From the NCBI GenBank assembly GCA_002189035.1, contig NEEC01000011.1, forward strand, positions 1,674,001 to 1,738,000: DNA of 64,000 nt, read 5' to 3'. The notes below the pieces were generated by a model. That model saw only the letters and a list, made by a program, of their open reading frames with translations, was not told the DNA's origin and did no database searches. Shown here one piece after another: positions 11,008-24,106 of this stretch. The DNA comes from Utricularia gibba. Its lineage: Eukaryota; Plantae; Magnoliophyta. Every line of letters starts with the position of its first letter. The stretch's first letter is position 1. A program made the translations under genes and the position numbers.

Positions 11008-12414
11008 CTAAAATCCGCAGCAAAAGAGCCCTGATCTCCATCCTCTGTGCTTCCTGTAATTTCGCCGATCGGCTTTCGCCATTCTTACTGGGCTGCTATT
11101 CCATTCGGACGGTAGTCTGCAAGCAAGCGAATAGTGTTGTTAGAACATGGAACTCGTCGAGATGATGAAAAAGCAAGAAGCTTTACATCGGGAAAGCGAA
11201 TGATCTTCCACTCATACTGCCGTCTGAGCGCATGGAGACGCTGCCGGAAGGAGCTATCGGACCAGTGTATGTTATGTGCCTGGCGGAGGAGAAGCTCCGG
11301 TCTCCGACGTCAGGGTCGGGAGCTGGGTCTTTCAATGGGTTCACATTTTCGTCTTTCAGAACATGCAAAGCAGGCGCTTGACCTTCTTTGTTTTCCCTGT
11401 CGTCTTCGAAACTACCGTCGGATGTCGATATATTTGCAGAAATCTGGGAAGCACAAAACATTAAACATGTAAGTTTCAATCAATTGGGAAACCACCCATG
11501 TCAATGTCAGTCCCAACCTGACTCGAAAGTTGAGTGAATTCGGTTCTCTCGATGTCTGAGATTGCAGCAGCTAAGGATTGCTCTTTGTCTTCTTGATCGG
11601 GAAGCTTGTTGGCTAAGAGTGTCTCTCCCTTCAAACTCCTGGATACATCCACCAGCTCAGATTTCGACTCATCTTTCTCTGAAATGCTACTCTGTCCAGT
11701 GGAGCTTCCTTGGGATCCCGGACTCTGGCCATCAATGTTACCATTGCTCCCATCATCATTAGCAGGAGCGCCCTCAGCCGACGAGCTGATAAGATTTTCC
11801 GATAACGGAAGTTCCGCAGCAGATCCACCTTCAGTGACTCTATGCCTTTCCTTGTCCAGAGAATCTGCATATAAATCCTCTGGGAATCGATCAGTTGTCC
11901 CTTTGCTGGGGACTATCGAAGGGGCTGTATCACTTCCTACGTTTCGTTTGTCAGCATCAGTTGCAGAATCATTGACTCCAGTCTCGGTCTCTGGACTACG
12001 CTTAACATTACATTCCTCATGCGATTTAGCAAACAACGAGCTTGAATCCTTCTCTGTGCTCGCCCCAAGTGCATCCCCATTTGGACGCTCAGTTTCTGAA
12101 GACTCCCTTCTTCCATTGTCAATCCCAACAGAAAAGCTGGTGACAAAAGGGTTCCATGTCGCGGCATCTCTTCTTTCGAACTCAATAAACGGCACAAACA
12201 GACGCCCACTACGCTCATCATTCAACTGCCATGCTTCCTTACCTTCAGATGCACAGGAATTAACTTCCCCCCAGTAACTTCCATGACTGTAAGAAATTGT
12301 CTTCTGATTCCCCTTCATCCTCATGTTGTGCTCAGGTGGATCGTAGATGCTGCCATTGTGAACTAGATAGTTGGTTAAACCGTCACTAGTCATCAGACCA
12401 ACCCATGGAAACAA
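11008..12414 (-). CDS. BASL-like / '18S pre-ribosomal assembly protein gar2-related' protein (start codon uncertain)
   Basis: Exons ~12414-11518, 11443-11187 and 11116-11008 splice in frame to give YTGPIAPSGSVSMRSDGSMSGRSFAFPILPSEWNSSPVRMAKADRR..WRSGLFCCGF, the conserved C-terminus of this family. Upstream UTR exons extend to ~13800. Confidence 0.8.
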
Positions 12415-15400
12415 AGATACTCACCTTGAATTTTGCTTCACTTCACTGGGGAGGGATCGAAGAATCTGCAGGAGCTGCGAGGTTGGCATTCTACTGGGAA
12501 CTGAATCAACACCTTCAGACAATGTAAATAAAGATAAGAAGGAAGCCATAAGTTTGAAAAATGGAGGCATGCCTCTGTCATAAAGGAAGAGGCAGTAAAA
12601 GGATCACGAAAGAGATGCTCTTGTAGCTCAACCGTTTCTGCATTTACAGACTAACAAGCCAAAAATGTTAAACTCCAAAGAAGGTTCTCTACTTCATAAT
12701 GACGAACTGGCTCAATCAGAAAATAGGTAAACAGAACGGCAACATGAGGCACATAAACAGCAAACCAGTAATAACAGGATACTGTTAAACAGGGGTACAT
12801 AAACAGCAAACTAGATTCAAGTTTGGAATAACATTGGCTCCCATGGTGGCAGTAAAACATACCAATGTTTGGTGGGGAAAAAAACCCAAACAGGAAAGCA
12901 TATGACAACAAAGAACAAGACCACGAGAATTTTCTTTTGTCCAATGTTTTGGGGAAGACGACAAGAAGGTGTCACCACTTTCGAAGGAACAGCACTTACC
13001 ATCTACAGCATAAAGTGCACTCTTTTTTAACCTACATGCTCTTTGATTTAGCCCCTTCATTTGCCCTTTGCTCTCTATTTCACATCACGGGTTAAACCCA
13101 TGTTTTCCTCGGATTTCGAGCAACCCCATGTCGGAAAAATATGGGTAACACGCCTATCGCCTAGATCTACTTCAAAAAATTTGAAGTTTTTAAGAGTAAA
13201 AGCAAACATTAGAGACAAATATCAACGATTTTATCTGATCCCTAAAAGCCCATTTCCCGAAAGAAGAAGAAAAGCATACAGCATCCTCTAAATGAAGATC
13301 TCGAATCACCTTTTCTTCCGCAAACTTTCTCCCTTTTCCTCCAACGAGAATCAAAGTCTTCAATGTAGAAGAGTAAACCAGAAAAATTCCATCAACAAAA
13401 CAGCAACTAGACGAATACCCACATAAAAAATCCAAACGAGATCCAGTCGGAAGTGGGAAAATGCGTTAAACCCACAGAAGTGTACTCATATTCAGAGACA
13501 GATACAACTCACGACGGCTACACAGTACGCTGCGTGCCAGCAAATGGGGAGTTGAAAGAGAGTGAGGTTTTTTTTAAGCTCCAGTTGCGTCGGAAAATTT
13601 ATGGCGACCCAGAGAGACCATAAAATTTTTTTTCCGTTCCAACGGAGAGATTTCGGGGAATGAATTTTACGGTTGGATGATTGACAACGTTTTAACAGAG
13701 CATTAAACGCACAGATGAAGATGAAGCTGAAAAGATATACATACATTTACTTACACGCAGACAGAGACCGCTCCCACCTCTGATCAGGCAGCGCTCTGGA
13801 AATTAATGTTTGCGTTGGAGTCTCGTTTCTCTCAGGAAACTTTATTCACTGTTTTTCTTTTTTTTCTCTTTTCAATTCATGGAAACCTAGATCCTCCCTC
13901 TTCCTCCTCCTCCTCCACCCATGGCCGGAACTCCATAGCCATTTCTTCCACCCCAAACATACCAACCCCAAGCAAACACGTGTCTCATAAGGTTTATTTG
14001 TTTTCTTTTTATTTATCTTGGTTTTAGTATTTTAATTAATTCTATTTTACAATATAAATTATAATTTTAATTGATACAAATATTAATATTATAATAATGA
14101 AATAAAGATATAAATTATTTTATAATACTTATATATACTTATTTTTATTTTTTATTGATTTAAATTCGTTTTTAAAACAGTAACCCACACAACCCAATTA
14201 TTTACTTGTGTACTCATTTTTGTTTTTCACCATATATTTTATGAATATTTCTATTATCATTCTATTTTTATTTTTCATCTACCGGTGTACGGATGGGAAT
14301 AGTGGTTCATATGACGTGGCGTTCTTTGATTCGTCAAAGCATGAAAAGACGGAATGGGGTGGGGTGGGACGGTTGCCGTACGCTGTAGGTCATTGGGCTT
14401 GTTGGATCAAACATTATCTAGAGACATTATTACTACCTTTCCAGCAGCAAATAATGAGGTAATATGTCAATTAGAAAATAAATAATTATTAAAAATAAAC
14501 ATTGAATAATTTTACGTATTTATTTATAAATAATGTATGATGGGCCTTTTCCTTTTGGTTTATTTTTGGGCTTTGTTATATTAATGGGCCGGGACTCAGA
14601 TATCAAATATTTCTACTTCAAAAAGAGAGAATAAGAAGTTTATAAAAAAAACTATATATACTAAATTTTTATTAAAATTATTTTAAAAATAGAAGCAATA
14701 TACTCTAAAATTCGTTTATCAATTAGACAATTTTGGTCCTATTTTTATAATTAACCTTTAGTGTCAAAAGTCCCTATGTTTGGGATAATATTAAAACTTA
14801 ATCCTCGCTATTTGAAAAAAAAATTTGCATTTCATTAGTATTGGTAAACTTATTTTTTACTATTTAATATATCACACATGTTTAGTTTCTAATGTGTTTA
14901 CATTAAAAATTGTTGTTTTCATTATTTCAATAATCGATATAATTGATCTCTACTATTTTAAAATCAATCATGTTTAATCTTATTATTTAATAAAATTGAC
15001 ATTCAAGAAGCATGGTTATAGTATCTTATATTAGTTACGGATATTTGAGGAGAGGACTTAAATAGAAGTATATTCTATAATCTTGTATGGGTCCTATTTG
15101 CAGGAAAAAGAATGAATATAAAATCGCAATAATTGAATGTATGAAGTGAATAATATTGTACAAATTAAGAATAGGTCATTATATTTTATATCAAAACCAA
15201 ATTCAAACTAGTGTCAATGGTGGATAAAGGATACTCAACAAAGATGTTATGTATTTAAAATGGGGAAAATGTTGGATAAAATATCTATTGACAATATCTC
15301 ATATTGATTATTTATAAAAGAGATAACATGTTTAAAAAAATAAAATGATACTTTTAATCTTATATAAATAATTTCTAATTTCTACTTTCAATCCAAAGGC

Positions 15401-15882
15401 CCTGTCCATACCAATTACAAAAAACAATGCATATCATTTGCGTCAATTGTTTTATCGAAATGACAAGGATTAATTTTGTATGCCAACTTTTGGAACAATG
15501 AGAATAGATTATATTCGGTATTGAAATGATTAGAATGGATTATTCAAATAATCAAAATTAAGAATATTTGACATTAAGGCAAACAATAGGAAGTATCCTC
15601 GCAATTATCCCTTGTCATAACAATGGAAGAAACACCGTTTTACATTGCTCTCTGCTTTCTATATATATGTATCAAGAAATTAAGATACAACTGGGCAACA
15701 TTATTTCAGGAAAACAACATCAACTTGAGAGATCCCAACACTGGGAGGAATCATTGACACCAAAAGTTTCTGGTCATCATCAGCTCACTCTCCCCAACAA
15801 GCTCTTCATGTCTCTCATTCCTCTGTGAGAATCAGTTAGCATGCACATACATATACGCAGACATGGATATGCACATCTTGCT

Positions 15883-18800
15883 TTAAGTAACTGAAGATGG
15901 ATTACCTTGTAAGCATCGTTGTCGCCTGGGGCGCCTGGTTGTTTTCCCCCACCCTGTTAAACTTGTGTCTTCGGAGCCTGGTTCGATGAAGGTAAGTTTC
16001 TGGTGGGTGGTGGTGGAGCAGGGATGATGGTACATGGCGGGGAAGAGTCGATTACAGCTCGCTTCCTTCCTCGGCCGCTGTTGCTTCGGCCTCCATTTCG
16101 TCTTGCTAATCCTGGACTCCAACAGTGTCCCATGCCTCGCATTAGGCTTCCAAATATCTGAAGATCCTCTGTCATTTCATGCCTGGATAGTGATGTAAGA
16201 CCGGGGAGAATGTCTCGTTGGAAGTCCCTCCGGGGACGGCCTCTTCGTGCTTGTCCCCTTCTTGGTCTGCCTGCTGAACCATTGGCCGGTGCTGTGTCTT
16301 CCATGTTCTGGACCTGAAGTGGAAATGGCTTCAGCAGGTATTGTTCTTCTGCTGTTTCTTCGAGCTGAAGCGTCATGGCCTCAAACTCATCCATTTCCTG
16401 GCCCTTGCTGGTTGTGTTCCCTTCCCCCATTTCCAAAGCATTGACAGCATCCGCAAACAAGATGAGGGATTCTGTCAAAGAAACTTGGGATGCAGAGAAG
16501 GCGTCTTCATTAAGCGTAGGCAGCCTCACAGAGGAGGATATTTCAAGCAAAAGCTCGACTGCTTTTCTGAAAACTTCATCCTGCACATCATCATTCCCAA
16601 CTGATATATGAACTTGCTCACTTTCCTTGAACAACTGATCATCTTCTTCGCACTCCAGCAAGCAAGGTGCCTCCAGATCTATCTCCAACCTCGTCCTCCT
16701 GGTGCCGGAACAGATTCGTTGATCGTCTTGCGCCGGTAAATGTTCACAATACTCAGCACTTGCGTTCAAGTCAATGAACTCTCTCACAGGCTGCTCTTCT
16801 GCATTCATCTCATCAGGATCACAGGCTACATTTATATCTATCATTCTTTTCTTCAGGCAACTGGCGCCCTTCCCTCGAAGCTGGCTGAGGTTGAAGCAAC
16901 TGATGATAGCTCATATTCTTGTGGATGCCGATCGAAAATGGGGAACCCCATGATTTTTTCCACAGGCTTGATCTCAGCAATCTCATTTTCCTGTCCAGTC
17001 TTTGAGTTGCTCGCTGAAATGGTGAATGTTGGATTAGCAATCCCATTTGTTTCATTCTTCCCCCATAAATTACTGGGAGATGCTGCTTCACTGACCCAGA
17101 TTGGCTTCGGTTTAAGCCACGGCAGAGCTGGAGTATGCCGCACACGCTCACACTTGTTCACTGCCACATTCCGATCCTCCAGAATCACAACTTCATCGGA
17201 GGGGCTCCGAGCAACTTCTTCGTTTAAGTCGATGGGCATTGCAGGAGACTTCCCTTCTAGATAATAGGATGGCTTCAAGCACTCTGAAGCTACACTGTTG
17301 AACCTGCTAAAGTGAGGAAAACTGAATCCATGTGGCTGAACGTTGATCCGTTGATCTTTGGAACCTGAGGATGAGCCATGGTAAAATCCATTTGAAGTGA
17401 ACTCGCTCGGTAGAGCAGGATTCATCCTTGAACTAGAGATAGCAAACATCTTTCTGGAAAACTGATCCTGGCTCTGAGGCAGAGGCTCCGAAACCGGGTT
17501 CGATATATTGTGTCGACCAAAGCCATTACTGGGCTTTGCCCAAGACAGCATGGTGGGAGCCTGTGCACTTGAAAAAGAACTTAAGAATGGGAATGCAGAA
17601 GCGCTGTGAGAACCTTCACTTGCCAAGTAGCCATTAAAGGAGCCAGAGGAATCATGGTTTCGACTGGAAGATTCAAAGGCATGCCTGATCCCCCTCTCCA
17701 CATATCTTCTTCCTTGCCATAGCTAATAGAGTGTACAGAAGGCATATGAGCATGAGCCGGTGTGCCATGATGAAAATGTGAATAGAACGGAGGTCTATCC
17801 TGCTGATTACTTTGTGGAAGAGAATCAACTACGCCCCTTGAAAAACCTGTATGGTTAGGATCATGAACACGGTTGTAGTTGCAGAAGAGAGAAAGGAAAC
17901 ACAACAGAAAAATGCCATATAAATTAGAGTCTCTAGAGTAACATACCTGGTTCATATGGATGTGAGAGCTGTGGGGTGTTGTGGAGCTTACCATCAGTAG
18001 ATGGGCTGATAAAAAATCCATTTCTCAGATGAGCACTCTCTCCAGAAACACCAAAACCATCAGCTTTCGATTTAGCTTGCTGATTCAAGCTTTTGCCGTC
18101 TGTTTTGTTTTCTGATGTAAAATCAAGAACATGAACTGATGGTGTTGAGGTTCCTTCATTCCGGGCAGGCTCATTAAGATCAACCAACTTAGTGGAGCTC
18201 CTCAAACACAAACTAGACTGTGAAGCATCTCTTGAAGAACCTAAATGGTCAACTAGAAACTTCTTAGGGACATTTTCAGGTACACTGTTTTCTTTTACAT
18301 CTTCACCTTCTTCAGTGTCTAGGTAATCATCAGCAGGAAGGTGAAGATCAAATGTCCTCCTCACCTTCGATGGTCGCCCATTGAAAGTGGGAGCATCTTC
18401 TTTTGGATTTGGCCTACTATGTAAACTCACAGAAGAATTAACAATTTCAGCAGCACTAGGAGCAGACTGTTTTTCCCAGAGAGGAAAGGCTGCTGCATTC
18501 CACTTTGCAACATCTGATTGCAACTGAGGACCTTGAGGGCATGATGATGATGATTGTTCCATTGCAGGTCGAAAGCTACAGAAATCCCTCATTTTTGCTT
18601 CCTCCATCATGTTCCTTTGGATCTGGTAGAGCCGGTGAAGTTCAAAAACCTTCAAGCCAAAATGAAATCACGGAAAAAAGAAAACCTGCTAAGAGTGCTG
18701 TAAGTAATTCCCTCTCAAGTGTAACACATAAAAGGAGGTGAACTTAGTTCAAAAAGTGCTTCAAAATTACCTGATTCTTGAAAACAGCTTCATGTTCAAG

Positions 18801-19001
18801 CATTTTCTGCTTCAAGGCATCTCTTTCATGTTCTGGATAGCAATCTCCAGTCCCTTGTAGGTGTCCATTGTTATACTTCAAAAATGGTGCTGATTTATCA
18901 CCATAAAAACGAGACCAACTACTACTGCTTGAATCGTCGTTCACGTCTCTCATAGAGCAACACCCCCTCAAGTAGCTTTCACAGTGAACTTCTGCACCCA
19001 T
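15883..19001 (-). CDS. DUF863 family plant protein (three apparent 1-bp frameshifts, probably assembly errors)
   Basis: MGAEVHCESY..MRDVNDDS, MLEHEAVFKNQ|VFELHRLY, FDLHLPADDY, RRDFQRDILPGLTSLSRHEMTEDLQ and LTGWGKTTRRPRRQR. Exons 19001-18771, 18649-17947 and 17846-15883. Confidence 0.88.
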
Positions 19002-22000
19002 TTCTCCCGTGCATTTGTTGATAATTTAGAAGAGAGCAGTGGCTACTCTCTTGTCTGGATACAGCAAACACCTGTTTACAGAGTCCCACATTAAAATTCA
19101 TTTTCAAAATGATACCCCCACATCTCCAGTTTTTTCTAACAAAAACATTTTCACCCAAGGCTTCAACTCCTTTGGAGGTAAAAATAAGCATTTCCTAAAC
19201 CAAAAGGCACCAATAACTCAAGAATTGAAGTACCAGAGGAATAATTGGAGCTGAACCAAAAAAGGCAGCAAAATGTCACGAATATATACCCTTTGGGATA
19301 GTTTCACATCTCGGAGACAAAGCCAAAAGCAAAATGTAAAGGCACAATAGCATCATCAAAATCATAAAAGGAACAGCTGTATTTCTTATGAACAAATCCA
19401 AGGAAAAAGAAACTGCATATCGCCATGTTCTGTTTCTAATCCTAGGGAGCATTTCAAATGAAAGCTGAAATTACACTAAGGATGCACAATATAACAGAGA
19501 AAACAAATGGTATACAAATGCCTTAGGTTCTGGAAACAGCGGAATGAACAATAAATAAGCAAGAGCACTAGATGCTGACAATTACACCAGAAACAAATAT
19601 TGAGATACTGGAGTGTGATCCCACATTAAAATAAAGAACTCATCGATCAATTTCTTAGTCAATCAGCACATCAGGCACATAAGGATACCACTACCCGCAG
19701 AAAAATCAAAAAATGGAAAGGACCAATTTCACCAAAAAGGAGCAGATCACACAAGCAGTTCCTCGTCTTTCTGGGTAAGAGTCAAAGGCAAGTGAATCCT
19801 TGGAAAATAGGCTCTATACAACAAATTACCTCAGACCCACATCCTGATGGATTGAATCATCTACGAGCATCTAGGACTAGCCAGGAATTCAGTACCATCA
19901 TCAACACTCTTTCACACGACAACAGTGATCAAGGACGAGAAGAGAAAAAAAAGGATATAAAAAAGGGAAATGATAAAAGAAGCAAAGGAACAAAAGTAAA
20001 TATTTCTAAAAACCGACAATCGAAACAAAGAAACAATGAAACGGGTGTGTTGGAAATTCCATTGAAGAAGCTCAGATCCTCATGAAAAGTTTAAACTAAA
20101 GAATTTCTTTTGGGGGAGATTTCGTTCGATCTACTGGGCCAACATAATAAACCAGCGAAAGCTTCAAGTGAGAGAGGGTGAAGGCAAAAACCAAAAAAGG
20201 TACAATTTTTACAGATGTAATATATTATTTAATAAGGTTGAAAGAAGGATTGAAATCCCAGATGAAATTTCTCAACGAGAAAACAAATGAAACAACCTCC
20301 ATGAACAGTGACACAAGAAATCCGTCCCTTTACATCATTCTCTCTTTCTCCCTCAATCAAAAGAAGAACAGCACCTTTTTCCATGTGTTAAGGATTTGAT
20401 CATGGAATATAAATTCTGGATTTTTTTAGGGAAAAAAAATGTTGTGATTCTCCACACCTTTCCTGCATTTTGGCCCAGATATTAATTAAGATTTAATACC
20501 CCAATATAACACTGCCCGCGCCCCACCTATAGATACACATCCATACATCACCTCCACCTTCATCATTGACCTTTGAACAATTTATTACCTTTGTGCGAGT
20601 AATAATCTATGAACCCAGTTACCTCTTCCAAGAAGAAGAAGAAGACGGTTAGTGTGTGTCACGTGTATTTGGACAAAAAAGATTTCACGAGCCCCTCAGT
20701 TTCTTAAAAATAAAATTAGACCCCATCCAAGACAAACTCATGAATAAATTGAATAATGGATTTAATCTATTTAAATAATAATTTTATTTTTTCAAATATA
20801 AAAATTATTTAAACTCAACTTTATGATTAATTTTAAATAATTTTCATTTTCTCAAATTATAATTATAGGTGTTATTAATTTTTTGAAATGATAATGTTTA
20901 ATTTTTAAAGATTTTATTCTTTACACGTTCTATAGTAAAATCATAAATTCGAATTTTGTGATTTAACTTCAAAACTTATTGAATTTCTTGGATCTTTGTT
21001 TCTTGAAGATTCTAATCTTTAGTCTAATTGTAATAACATGTCAAGTTTATGTGCAAGATTACATATTTGTATCATTCAGAACAGTTCATATGGTCAGAAT
21101 ATTATATTTATATTCACATGTAATCATATATATTTTAATATTTTATATTCAATGTAAATCTGAAAACACGTGACCAAAGCAGAAATCTTCTAGAATCCTA
21201 ACAACACAAAAGCTTGGGTGACGATTTGTACAATTTGTGCTGTTTTCATCTTCCAAGACGCGTATAATTTAATGAGGGAATATATTAATTATATATGTTT
21301 ATTATATTGTGTGAATTTGCACTTTAAAATATTAGTGTTTGAAATATTTTGCAGAAAAAAATCCGCATAATATATATTGAATTAATACTATAAATTACAA
21401 CACAATTTATTGAGAAAATGGAATGAAAAACGTCTTATTTACATTATATTCACTAAATTAAGTTAACAAAAAATTAATAATCAGCTTTTTTAATTCTAAA
21501 TAATTTTATTGTCTATTTAAAAAATTATATAACGTATACCAAATGAATTTGTATTTCATCAAAATTAATTATATTTTATATTAAGGTAAGTGGGGCGATC
21601 CGATTGGGGATGTCACCATCAAAGACAGCGGGTGGGCCCTCCATCTGACAATAAATTTCCTATTTCTGTAGTATTTTTTTCGGGGTTCATTACAAGAATG
21701 GGATCGATGGTGCTGCCTCGCAATCTGATTGGCTGGTGCACAGATGCGGTACTGACAACCTGCAGTATCCAATTCGGCTTAATTGGGAGTCTCCTTCCTT
21801 TTCTTCCAAATATTTCAAAATTTACGCTATTTTCTAAAACATTAATTAATTAATATATGTAATTAAAAAGATGATTTATTGAAAATATTGATATAAAATA
21901 TATTATAATGTGAAGTTAGTTTCCATCTCCCTTTTTGTCGTTTCGTGTAAAGAAAAATTTAAAAAAAAAAGTATTTTAAAAAGTAATGTAGACTAGAGAA

Positions 22001-22417
22001 GGATCAACGGATCTACGCCCTACACGTGTCAGCTTCTTTATGGTAGGTGCTAGGAGTCTTGTCGGTTGTCCCCGGATGGGTGGAATATTTTATTTTAAAA
22101 AATGAGGTATATTCCATTCTGGTACGAGATTGCAATTATCAACGAAATATGGGGCAAAAATGTGATATTCGAAATGTGAATAACATTCAATTAATATTAT
22201 TCACCAATAATATTATGCGATATTTTTACTATTATTATTTTCATCCTCAAAGGCCAATATAATACACGTTATCTAACCTTGAATCTGATTTTAAAAAGCT
22301 ATTACGTATACCGACTTTCTATTTGAAAAGAAAATAACAAACTGTAGGAATAATAAATTTTGATATGACTACCATTATAATAGAAGAAAATCAATCATAA
22401 TCGAACATGAACCTTAT

Positions 22418-22644
22418 TTGTATTCATTCATTAAATTAGTAGAGTATATATTTTATTTGTATTCATTTATTTACAATATTCAAACAAAATAAACAATATC
22501 ATTTAGAGTAATAGAAGATTCTCATTCTACTTTTACCCCTCGTTGTTCCTTAGAGTAATAGAAGATTCTCATTTGTATTCATCCATTAAATTAGTCGAGT
22601 ATGTATTTTGTTTGTATTCATTTATTTACAATATTCAAACAAAA
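22418..22644. repeat. 72-bp direct repeat pair plus an internal ~24-bp duplication
   Basis: 22418-22489 is nearly identical to 22573-22644; ttagagtaatagaagattctcatt occurs twice between them. Confidence 0.85.
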
Positions 22645-24106
22645 GTGAACTCAGCAAATTCTAATCCAATTTGAATAGAAATTGTTCATTAGTCATAATA
22701 ATCCAAACTTTTACCCCTGGTCTTAGATTAATATACTTTTAAAATTAACATTTATTATTTATATTTTATTGACCAAACATGTAATATCTCATTCATATAC
22801 TCTTATCCTATCTACATATTAATATTAAAATATTTCTCATTATATTTAAATGGGATAATTTAAGAAATGAGAAAGGAACATTTCGCAGCCAAGGGATTAC
22901 GGTTTGAAAAGATGGGTTTAAAAAATGATGGGGTGATGTGAATATAATATGATATTATTATATTCAGATGACATGTCTAATTAATGATACGGACAACGAG
23001 ACCGAAAGCGACAGCTGTCCCCTTCTTGTAATTATGTCAATGTTCCAATAGATACGTGCTTTGACTCACACATGGCGCCCTGTCGCTGTTCAACAACCTA
23101 ATTTGCAGATCTAACGCCTCCTTTTCTGCTCTTAAGTTCTAACAAGATTCTCGAATTGAAAAAAGAATCACATAACAATTGTCACTAAATAATTTCTCAC
23201 CAGACGTGATCAATGTTTTTCTGTGAGCACTCCAAGCTTAGGTGTATTATAAATATGACTCACTGTATATTTAAAATTTCGATTACCATTTTTTCAAATA
23301 ACCCCTCCAAGCTGGATGATGCATTGATTTGGGGAATTAAATTTCTTGTTAGAAAAACAAACAACACATGTAATGTAGATTTCTCGTTAAGGGGTGGATG
23401 TTATCAGGACAAGGCATGTCAACCAGAAAGTGGAACAGGAAACTTGGGGTGTTCATCATGAATGTCCTGAAGTATCAAGATCAAAGCATCAATGGCATTT
23501 ACTTTCATAATCAAGCATCTTAACTCCAGAGTGTTTGATTTCCACGTTCCAGTTCCAATGATTTATAACTGCAACTGAATTCTAGATGGCAACAACATGT
23601 TTTCTTATTTTTGAGCAGCATCCACCATAATGTCTAGAACAATCATATATGTCATAAGCAGAGGAAACGAATCAAAATAGTGGTGCCCCAGTAATTCTAT
23701 AGTTAAGTTATAATGGAAACTCAAAAATTAAGCACGATCCACATGATATAGTTAGAGCACATATGTGAGGGAAACGTGAAACCACCAGAGGGGAGAGGCC
23801 AATGGCGACAACAAAGCTAAAAACTGGCTTTTAATGGGTTCAAGGTTCTCACAAGTTTATTCTATGAAAAGGTTATCATGTCCGATGCAAGGTGAGATAT
23901 GCCGATGAGGCGTAAAAAGGTGGAGGAGGTGAAGAAAAGGGAAGAAGGGAATGCAAGAAAGGAGAACCCAAGAATGATGAAAAGGAACATGAAAGCTGTA
24001 CTGGAGAGATGGGACGCCTAGTCTTCTTTGTCATTTCTGCCGCATGGGAGTTAGAAGTACAGGGGACTAACCATAAACATGTGATTCGCCAACTACCAGG
24101 CATATT

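Noticed and set aside
11606-12277. 223-aa Ser-rich plus-strand ORF
   Set aside because: Antisense shadow of the BASL-like exon; no motif. The same applies to 16740-17264, 41013-41778, 53315-54635 and 61100-61669.
15883-19001. Calling DUF863, the glycine-rich gene and the GT92 gene pseudogenes or split genes
   Set aside because: All seven breaks are single-base losses in G/C runs with no nonsense codons and intact splice sites; assembly error is more parsimonious pending read check.
23380-23500. Extra coding exon of HRD1 (acceptor near 23470, DIHDEHPKFPVPLSG)
   Set aside because: HRD1 already terminates in frame at 24107; no homology recognised; at most a UTR or alternative exon.
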